From: a virus
Virus record (IMG/VR): IMGVR_UViG_3300023273_000760
Coordinates: 1 to 64,000 of that record
Strand: one strand, 5' to 3'
Length of the DNA: 64,000 nt
Shown here: piece by piece, positions 27,998 to 39,900 of the stretch
Numbering within the stretch: position 1 is the first letter of the stretch
Layout of the letters: every line of letters begins with the position of its first letter
Notes under the pieces: model-generated
What the model saw: the letters and a program-made list of their open reading frames with translations, nothing else
What the model was told of the DNA's origin: nothing
The model's database searches: none
Made by a program: the position numbers and the translations under genes

Positions 27998-30900
27998 TGG
28001 CTTTTGAAAATGATCAAAACGAGTTTCCAATTCAACCTGGTGATAACGAAAACGAAAAAAGAACCAGTTTACAACACTTACCTCGTTATTTTAGAACAGT
28101 AGCAAACAAGAAGTTTCTTAACAGTACACTTGACCAGTTAATGCAACCTGGCGAGATTGAAAAGATTAGTTCTTATTTCGGCAGAAGAGATGCTAAAGCA
28201 TTTAGACCTGATGACAACTACATTGATGATGTAAATTCAGATAGAGAAAATTATCAGTTAGAGCCTTCTGTAGTTATCAAAGACCAATTTAATAATGTTG
28301 ATTTTTATAAAGACTATAATGACTTTATAAATCAACTATCAGCATTTGGAAATTCTAATACTAACCATTCAAAAATTAATGCACAAGAATATTATGCATG
28401 GAATCCACATATCGACTGGGATAAGTTTGTAAACTTCCGCGAATATTATTGGTTACCAGCCGGACCACAAGTTTTACCTATTTACGGACAAAATAAAGAA
28501 ATTGTTTCAACTTTTAAAGTAACAATAGAGGAGAATGACGACAACGTAGCATATAAATTTACGCCTACGGGCCTAACACAAAATCCTACTTTAAAACTTT
28601 ACAAAGGTCAGACTTACATCTTTGAGGTTGACACCCCTGGGTATCCTATTGCGTTTGCCACTAATAGGGCATTTACTCCAGGACAGGCTATAGTTACAGA
28701 AACAGTCGAAGGTGTTATTGCTCCAGGTAAGTTTGAAGCCGAGTTATATGATTTCGATGGTTACGATACTGGTGAATACATAGTAGAACCTGTAGAAGGT
28801 GGCATCGAGGGATTTACCCAAGGAGATAATATTTCAACACTATGGACTGACGGCATTGAGTCGGCAACTGTGTTTGTTGAAAAGGGTAAAATTAAATTTA
28901 CGGTGCCTTTAGATGCACCTGATAAACTATTTTATATTAGTAAAGACGATGTTAATACTAGTGGCTTAATTAATATTTTTAATATTTTAGAAAATACAGA
29001 AATTAATGTAGAAGAAGAAATATTACAAAAGAAGACATACCAAACAAGAACAGATGTAGAACTTTCAAACGGTATGTTAGTAGAATTTTTAGGAGATGTT
29101 ACACCTGCAAAATATGCTCAAGGTACTTGGTATGTTGAAGGTGTGGGAGATTCTATTAACTTAATTGCTAAATCAGATCTTGAAATTACAGGACCTTATA
29201 GTGAAAGTGTTTTTGTACCTTTTGATAGTGATAATTTTGACAAACTTCCGTTTGGTCAAGCACTAAACTATCCTAAGGATAAAGATTATATCACAATTAA
29301 TCGAGCGGCAATTGACGGAAACCCTTGGACCAGACATAACAGATGGTTTCATAGATCAGTAATTGAAACTGTTGCTAGAGAAAATGGCACTCCAATTGAT
29401 ATTGATCAATCAGCAAGGGCAACAAGACCAATTATCGAATTTGATGCAGGATTAAGACTTTACAATTTTGGATCTAAATTTAAAACAAATGTTGATTTAA
29501 TTGACGACAAGACTATTGATGTATTTTCATTAATTGAAGGTTCGATTGGATATAACATTGATGGTATTGATTTAGCAGATGGTTTGCGTATTCTATTTAC
29601 AGCAGACCCAGACCAGCGTGTTAATGGTAAGATTTATAAAGTTAAATTTATCGATCATAACAGTATACGTCAAATTGCATTACAAGAAGAGTCAGATACA
29701 GATCCATTAACAAACGAAACTGTTTTGATTAAAGCAGGTATTGAAAATCAAGGCAAAATTTATTGGTACAATGGAACCAAGTGGATTAAAGCACAAGAAA
29801 AGATTTCTGCAAACCAACCACCATACTTTAATTTGTATAGTTCTTCAGATGAAAATTTTGATAGTTATATATCAACTACATTTAAAGGAACAAAACTTTT
29901 TAGTTATAAAGTTGGAACTGGTACTAACGATAGTGTGCTAGGATTTCCGTTAAGTTATAGAAACATTGAAAATAGTGGAGATATACTTTTTAACTTTGAT
30001 CTGTTAAATGACGAATTTACATACCAAGTAAATCAAGTTCAATATACTCAAAAAACAGATACTACTACTTTAAGAAAGTATACAGATTTAAACACTTATG
30101 AAAATGTAAGTGGTTGGAAAAAAGCAACAACAGAAAGTCAGCAAAAAGTTATTCGTCAATATGTTGTTGAAGGTCAAAAAAATAACTTTGCTATCGATGT
30201 TTATAATCGCAGTGGAGATCTTAACGAACTAGAAGTTAGTGTTTGGGTTAACAATGAGCGTAGAGCAGATTGGGAAATTAACAGAGAAAACGGTGTTGCA
30301 TATATTACGTTTACTAACGATCTTACAACCGGTGATAATATTATTTTACGCTGTACTAGTGAAGCAGATAAAAACAGTAATGGCAAATATGAGTTTCCAA
30401 TTAACTTACAAAACAATCCGTTGAATCAAAATATTGTTAACTTTACATATGGTGAAGTTAATGATCATGTTAATAGCATTATTGAAAATGTTAATGAGTT
30501 TTCAGGAGTGTTTCCTGGAGTTAGTAATTTAAGAGACTTAGGCCAACTTTCAGAATACGGTACTAAGTTTACTCAACATAGTGGTGCATTACCTTTAGCA
30601 ATTTATCATATTACTAATAAAGATTTTAATATGGTTAAAGCCATCCGTTATGCTAGAAAAGAATATGCTAAGTTTAAACGATCATTTATTAACATTGCTT
30701 CAAATTTAGGTATTGATGGATCTGCAAGAACTTTAGTAGATAAGATTATTGAAAAATGGCAATCGGACAAATCAAAACAGTCAGCATTTTATTGGACTGA
30801 TATGATTGGTAACGGCGCGAAAAAAGTTCGCGAGTTTAATGTTGTTGATACAGGTAATAGGTTTTACAGTTTAACAACTCCGTTTAGTTTATTAGATATT

Positions 30901-33900
30901 AGTGCAAAAGCAGTTTACGTTTACAAAAACGATCAACAACTAATGCACAGTGTAGATTATACATTTACAGATGAAGGATTTATTCGTTTAGAAGACAGTT
31001 TAGAAATTGCAGTTAACGATGTAATTACAATTTACGAATATGAATCAACTGATGCTTCATATATTCCGCCAACTCCAACAAAATTAGGATTATGGCCATT
31101 ACATTTTCCTGTAAAATATACTGACAACACTTACAGAACTCCGCAAGTTGTTATTAAAGGACACGACGGTAGTATTATAAAGGCATACGGAGATTATAGA
31201 GATGATGTTATTCTTGAATTAGAAAAACGAATCTATAATAATATTAAAGTTCAATACGATAAAGATATTTTTGATATTGATAGTTTTGTAGGCCATCGTT
31301 CAAGAGAAACTCAATTTACTAAAAATAATATCGATGATATTATTATTACAGACTTTATCGAATGGTTAAGCATTGCAGGCGATCCTGATTATACAGATTT
31401 TAGTTTTTATGACAGAGAGGATTCATTTACTTGGAATTACTCTATTATGTCAGATCCAGATGGAAAGCCATTAAATGGTTTCTGGCGTAGTGTTTATAAT
31501 GAATATCTAAGTACAGATACTCCGAATACAACACCTTGGAAAATTTTAGGGTTTGTTGAAATGCCGACTTGGTGGACAGAAGTATATGGTCCAGCCCCGT
31601 ACACAAAAGAAAACTTAATTCTTTGGGAAGATTTAGAAGTAGGCAGGGTTAGAGAACCTAATAAGCCAATTAGATATCGTCCTAATTATGCACGTAAAGA
31701 TCTTACAAAATACGTTCCAGTAAATTCACAAGGACAATTAGTAAGTCCGTATGAAAGTGGATATGCTAGAGGACTTATTGCTCCTGATACAAATAAAGCA
31801 TTTGTGTTTGGCGACGAAGCACCAACTGAAACAGCATGGCGCAGAAGTTCAGAATTACCGTTTGCATTAATTAATGCTTGGCTAATTTGCCAACCAGCAA
31901 AAGTTATTGGAACAGGATTTGATAGAGCAAGAATAGTTCGCTCTGCGGCAAATGAACTCATTTATAATACAAGCAATAAACGTCTTACACCAACAGATAT
32001 TATATTCCCTAATACAGCGGAATCACAAACTCGTGTTACTACTGCTGGATTGGTCAACTATATGTTCAATTACATTAATGCAGATGTTACAAAGTTAAAT
32101 GAAACATATAGTGAACAAGTAAAAACTATCGGAGTACAACTAGGATTTAAAATGGGAGGCTTTAGCACTCCTGCTAAGTTTAAGTTGTTACTAGACTCAA
32201 GAACACCTAGCAATAAAGGTAATGTTTTTATTCCTGAAGAAAACTACAAGATTTTCTTTAACGTTTCAACACCTATTGATACTGTTTCATACAGTGGTGT
32301 TATTATTGAAAAGAATGCTTCGGGTTTTGTTGTTAAAGGATATGACAGAAGTCGTCCATACTTCTTATATAATAAACCAATTGACCGTGCTTCAGATCCT
32401 GTAGTTAATATTGGCGGAGTAAGCGAACCATTCCTTGAATGGCAAAATGGCGAGCAGTATAGAGTTGGTCAAATTGTCCGCAACGGCGACAACTTCTTTA
32501 GAGTAAAAGTAACACACACTGGTGCTGGATTTAATTTAGATAACTTTACTAGACTAGCAGAGTTACCAATTGAAGGCGGCGTTGAAGGTGTTATTAGAAG
32601 AAACTTTGAACTTGATGCGACACAATTAAAGTACGGAACATTAATGCGTACACCTCAAGAAGTTATCGACTTCCTATTAGGATACGGACAATGGTTAGAA
32701 TATAAAGGGTTTTCTTTTGATAATTTTAATCGTGAAATTGAAACTATTGAAAACTGGGAACTAAGTGCTAGGGAGTTTTTATTCTGGACCACACAGAACT
32801 GGAGTTCAGGTGCATTACTTACACTTTCACCTAGTGCAAGCAATTTAAAATTTAGTAAAGACTATGCAGTTGTTGATAACATCTTTGATAATTTTTATGA
32901 TTATACATTATTAAAAGCAGATGGACAAAAATTAAGTGAAAACTTTGCTAATACTATTAGAACAAATCAAAACGAATTTGGATTAAAACTTAAAAATACT
33001 GCTGATGGAATATACTTTTTAAAACTTCCATTAGTACAAAAAGAACACGTTGTATTAATTGATAATACAACAGTCTTTAATGATACAATTTATAGTCCAG
33101 CATCTGGTTATAGACAAGCACGTATTAAAGGTGTTGGCTATCGTACTAGCGGTTGGAATGGAAGTTTTGATGTTCCTGGCTTTACGTACAATGATGTTAG
33201 AATTAAAGACTGGGAAGAAAATACTGATTATGCTATTGCTGATATTGTAAAGCATAAAACATTTTATTATAGTGCTAAAAAGAAAATTCCAGGAAGTTTA
33301 AATTTTGATGATACAGAATGGTACAGATTACCTCAAGAACCTAAATCAGAACTTATTCCAAACTTTGATTATAAAGCAAATCAGTTTGCAGACTTTTATG
33401 ATCTTGATACTGACAACTTCGATAGTGAACAACAACGTATTGCACAACATTTAATTGGATATCAAAAGAGACAATATTTAGAAAATATTATTCCTGATCC
33501 AGTTAGTCAATATAAATTCTATCAAGGATTTATTCAAGATAAAGGTACACAAAATAGTTTAAGTAAATTGTTTGATGCTCTGTCTAATACAGAAAATTCA
33601 AGTTTAGAATTTTTTGAAGAGTGGGCATTTAAAGTAGGTCAATATGGAGCAAGCGGTGGCTTTGAAGAAGTTGAATATTTAATTGACGAATCAAAGATGC
33701 GTTTACAGCCACAGCCATTCCAGTTGGTACAAAATATAGATCCACAAGCAACAGACTTAGTATATAGATATGCTAAAAATGATGTTTATTCTAAACCTGA
33801 AAATTATAATCATACACCATTCCCAACTAAAGATTTAAGCGATTCAGATTCGTATATTAAAACTGCTGGGTATGTTGCTGAAGATGATATTGATTTTAAA

Positions 33901-36900
33901 TTTACAAACTACGATAGTATTTTAGACTTTTCTGTAAAATCAGTTTCAGTAGGTCAGTATGTTTGGGTTAGTAAACGTGGACAATCGTGGGACGTTTTAC
34001 GACAAACTGAAACACCATTCAAGGTTAAAAGTATTATTAATAGTGATAGTTCAAGTTCTATTGAGATTGAACTTAATAGAGTCCCGCAATTTGAAAAAGA
34101 TGACATTATTGGTGTACTAGGAACAATACCAGATTCAGAAAGATTTTATAAAGTTAAACGAGTAAGTCTTAATATTGTATATGCTGAAACTACAGGAGAA
34201 GTACCTGACGTTCCAGAAGCAAACGGATTCCTTGTTAAACTTAACTCAGTAAGAGTTCCGTCATTGACAGATGTTAATGCAGTTGTTACCCGAGATAATT
34301 ATTCAGCAAATGAGCGTGTTTGGGTTGATTCAGATGAAGTTAACCGTTGGACTGTTTTAGAGAATACAAACAATTATAAATTAAATCAAAAAAGTTATAA
34401 TGCTACACTCGATGGAGTGTTTGGCAGTGATACTAGACGTTTTGGATCAAGCATTTCTGCTAACGATATTAACACAGTAGTTGCCGTAGGTGTTCCTAAT
34501 CCTACTAACACTAGTTTAGGTAGAGTAGACATTCACTATAGAGCGGCAGAAAACTTGAATATGATTCAATCACAAGTACTTGACTGTCCTCCAAACTTGT
34601 TTACAGGTGGCGAAAGTTTTGGTAGTTCTACAGCAGTAAGCACTGACGGTAAGTTTATTGTAGTTGGAATTCCTTATGCTGGCAATGTTAAAACAACATA
34701 CAAAGGTACATTTGATCCTGTTTCAACATATCAACAAGATGACATTGTACAGTATACTAATCAATTCTGGAAAGCAAAAACAACAGTATTTCCAAGTGAT
34801 GACAGTTTAGCATATCCAAGTTTTGCATCTCATGTTAACGCAGTTGTCGGTACAGATGACGACGGAGTCTATGATAACCTTTGGTTAATTTTACGAGGAA
34901 ACTTTACATTCCAAGAAGAAGTAACTGATCACGTTTTAATTAGAGCCCAATCAGTTCAATACGAAGGAAGTGCAGTTGGCGACAAATTACAGTTAATTTG
35001 GAACTCTAAAAATACTAGATATCCATCAGGTGTTAATCCATTTAATGACAGCAATATATTATCATCAGACTTCTTTACAGGAGAACACATCATTGAAGAA
35101 AAGGTTGATGATATACTATTAGTTGACAATACACAAGCAATTCCAGATATTGGAGAAACAATTAGTAGTGATATTGCATTAGGTATTGTTGTATACAAAT
35201 ATACAACTGGTGACAATAGAACACTTATCTATGTTAATGAAACAAATGGCGATTTTGCAGATGAAGGTACATTAACAGTTGGCGATATTAATATCGGTAG
35301 TTACGAACGTGCAGTACAACAACCTAATGATGATCTTGCAGGTTGGTGGAAAATTCCAGTCGGTCAGACATTTAACGTAACACAAACTATTGAAACTAAA
35401 CCATATTTAATTGTTCAAGACATTATTAAACAAGCAGAAGTTCGTACAGTTAATTATTGGGAAAATGTTTATAACATTGTAGATGACGCTGATCCTGGAG
35501 TTCCGTCATATATTGAAACATTAACATGGAATAGTGAAGCAGGATATGAAATCTCAGACAAGTGGGTATTCAGATTACCTAAAACACTTGAAAATGATAT
35601 TACAGCACCGAACGATGAATTTCAATTTTGGTTTAATGAATATCGTAATGCAGATGGAATTGTACAAGAGCCATCAGTTATTGCTCCTGAATTAGACCAC
35701 GATTATCTGAATAGAACAACTCACAGAGTTTATGATATCTGGGACGGTTGGGCGAATGTAAACTTAACTAACTTTGATAATAGTGGTTCGCCAACACCAG
35801 GCGATCCTGACTACAATCCCAATTATGGTAATCCGTATATTCCAGTTGTTGGCGATATTGTAAGAGATAACGATACTCTTGCAACAGGTGAAGTCATGTA
35901 TGTCGAAAAGGTGTTTAATAACTTAAGACTCTTCCTTAGAAATACAACAGGAACATGGAAGAAAGGTAGTGAATTTGGGAACATTTCAAGTTTAAGTATA
36001 GTTGAAGGTTCACAAGGTGCAGGAACTATTAGACTTGTTGGTACTACAATAGGAGTATATTTAACAAACAATACAGTGGGTCCACTTATTGTTATTGATA
36101 GAGGCGAAAACCTTACTCCAGGAAGTACTAGAACATTACAAAATTTTGAATACTGGGTTTATAAACAAACAGTAATACAAGGTTCTCCAAGAGAGGCAAA
36201 TCCACCTTCATTATCAAATAATGATTGGACTAGAGTCTATAACATACCTGTAACTGAAACAGGGATAGCAAGCGGACTTGTGCGTCAAGGAGCATATGCA
36301 GTTTACGAAAGAAATGCTAGTAACTTCTATGTATTAACAAACGTCTATACAATGCCAGATAGTACTAACTACAAACATCTTGGAGCAACTATAGATTTAA
36401 TTACTCGACCAGATGGAAGTCGTGCAATTTATATTTCAAGTAAGGGTAATAACACATTTGCAGAACCTGGTAGAATTAATATTATTAATTACGATGAGTC
36501 ACTAGGCTGGCAATTAGGTTCAGATGAAAACTATCGTGGAGAACACGATCCGACTATTACATATTACGAAGGTGAATATGTAAAATATGCAGAAGAAATT
36601 TATCAAGCAACTACTAATGTTTTACCTAGAGCATTTAATTTAGCAGACTGGGTGTTAGTTGAAACAGGCGTTGACTTAAACGGATACATTCCTAACAATA
36701 CAGGATTTATTGTTGGCAATGATAGTGCATTAGAAACTTCTAATCTATTACAGTTTGGATCAAATTATGATGTAAGTAAAAACGGACACGTATTAGCATC
36801 AGTAGTTAAGTATGGCGATCAAGTTGACAGTGCATTAAGTACTCCTAAACTTGCGATTTACAGATTAATTAACGGACAGTTCCTTTGGGATCAGTTAGTT

Positions 36901-39900
36901 GATTCGGAGAAAGTAGATATTAACTACGGATCAAGTGTTGCTGTTTCTGATGATGGCAAATTTATTGCTGTAGGTGCAACTAATTGGAGCACAACTTATA
37001 CAAATGCTGGTGCAGTTTATCTATATGAATCAATTCACGGAACATTTAGTCTAGTACAAACACTAACTGGTCCAAAAGGATTACCAAATGAAAAGTTTGG
37101 TTCTAAAGTAAAATTTAGTGGAGACAGATTAGTTATTACATCATCAGGCGGAGATTCAACAAGCATAACAGAATTTGATGCAAACTTAACATTATTTGAT
37201 AACGGAACAACGTTGTTTAATACAACACTTACTGATACAGGTGAGATATTTGTATTTGAATTAACAGGAAATAGATATGTTTATGCTGATAAAATTAAAA
37301 ACTCAGATCCAAATGTTGTATACTTTGGTGAAGTATTAGCAGTTAGCAATAATCACATTTATGCAGGATTACCTACTTACTTAAACGAAGAAGAAAATAG
37401 TTCTCCGGGCGCAGTATTTGATTATAGAAGCCCTTCAACAGGTAAGTTATGGACAAGAAAGCGTCAAGCAAGACCAGTTGTTGATGTTAACAAAATTAAA
37501 AGTGTTAGTATTTACAACAAACAAACTAATGTTGTAGATGAGTATCTTGATTATATTGATCCGCTACAAGGAAAAATTGCCGGACCGGCAGAAGTTGAAT
37601 TATCATATAAAACTACATATGATCCTGCAAGTTATAATATTGTAGATGATAGTGTAGTAGGGGTAGTTAAAGATGCTACTATTTTTAATACAGTTGATAT
37701 AGTTGGTAAACTATGGTGGGATATTGATGCTGTAAGATTTATTAATCCTTATAGTAATACTGGAAATATTTTTAGTGTTACAAATCAGTTTAATACAATT
37801 TTTCCAGGTACTGAAGTTGAAATTTATGAATGGGTAGAGACAACATTATTACCAAGCGAATGGGACGAAGATGCAGATACAGAAGAAGGACTTACACGTG
37901 GTATTAGCGGAAAATCTAAATACGGCGACAGTGTATATTCAACTAGAAGAGTATATGACGAACCTGCACAAAAGTTTACAAATTACAATTATTTCTGGGT
38001 AAGAAATAAAAAAACAGTTCCAGATGTACCAGGTAGATCAATTAGTGGTGCCGATGTTCAAGAATTAATTAGAGATCCTAATGGTCAAGGATACAAATAT
38101 GTAAACTTATTAAGAGATAATGAGTGGGCGTTACATAATTTAGGATCAAGTATTACAGGAAAAGATAGTGTTATTAAATTTAGTTATTGGACTATTGATA
38201 ACCTTGAACAGAATATTCATAATCAGTATAATATTATTACTGATGGACTTGGTACAAGTATTCCTAAATCAGACTTAGAAGAAAAATGGTTTGATAGTTT
38301 AATTGGGTTTGACAAACAAGGTAGAGAAATTCCTGACAGACAGTTAGGAAATCAAGACAAATACGGAGTACTAAACAACCCACGACAAACTATGTTTGTT
38401 AACAGAGTTGAAGCACTTAAACAAGCAATTGAAAGAGTAAACATTGTATTAAAACAAAATGTATTAATTGATGATTTTGATTTATCAGATCTAGATAGTA
38501 ATGATCCTAAACCAACCCTAGCATCAAGACTTTATGATTTGACAATTGATACAGATTTAGAACTTCAATATGTTTCAGTTAGTAAAGTAAGAACTGCACA
38601 ACTTAATGCAACTATAATTGATGGTAAATTAATTAGAGTAGATATTGTTGACGGAGGAAGAGGCTATAAAACAAATCCAACAGTAGAGTTTGTTACTACA
38701 GCAGGAGAAAATGCTGAAGTTGCTCTTGAAATTAACAGCATTGGATCGGTTATTAGTGCAACAGTAATTAATCAAGGTTCAAATTACAGCAGTACAGACG
38801 TAATTACCGTACGTAAGTTTTCTGTGTTAGTTAATACAGACACTTCTTATGCTAATAGATGGTCAGTTTACGAGTACGTTGGCGGCAATTATCCGTGGAA
38901 TAGAATTATTAGTCAAAGTTATGATGTAAGAGATTATTGGAGTTATGATAATTGGTATGCAGAAGGTTATAATGAATTAACTAAAGCAGATTTCGTAATT
39001 GACGAAACATACGAATTAGAATCGTTAGATGACGTTTATGGTCAAATTGTAAAAATTAACAATGTAGGTTCCGGCGGCTGGTTACTTTTACGTAAAATTG
39101 ACGAACAAGTAAATGTTGATTATACTATTAACTATGAAACAATCGGTAGAGAAAATGCTACAGTACAACTATCTAAAGCATTGTACGATTATAGCGATGA
39201 ATTAGTTGGTTATGATAGTTTTGGATATGATGATAGTGCGTTTGATTTAATACCAGTTCAAGAATTAAGAATTATACTGTCATCATTACGTGATAAAATA
39301 TTTGTTGATGACTTAGCAATTCATTATAATGAATTATTCTTTGCACAAATGCGTTATATTTTAAGTGAACAACCATTTATTGATTGGGCATTTAAAACTT
39401 CATTTGTTAAAGCAAAGCATAATGTTGGTAAACTAAGAAAAGACATTACATTTAATAATGACTTCTTAGAAAGTTATGAAGAATATGTAAAAGAAGTTAA
39501 ACCTTATAAAACTAAAATTAGAGAATACTTATCAACATATGAAGGTGATGATAATACTCAAACAATCGTTACTGATTTTGATTTGCCACCTTACTATAGT
39601 GATGCTAGAGGAAAAATTGTTCCTGTAGATACTAGAGTAGTAAATGATACTGTACAAGTAAACGGTATCACATCTTATCCACAAAAGCACTGGTTAGAAA
39701 ATGTAAGTTTTAAAATTAAAGAAATTAATATTTACGAAGCAGGTTCGGGTTATCTAAATGCACCATCAGTTGAAATATCCGGCGGCGGCGGCACCGGCGC
39801 TGTTGCTGAAGCGTACATTGGTAAAAACGGATCTATATCTGAGATTAGAATTACTAATCCGGGTACAGGATATATTTCAGCACCTACTATTACTTTAAAT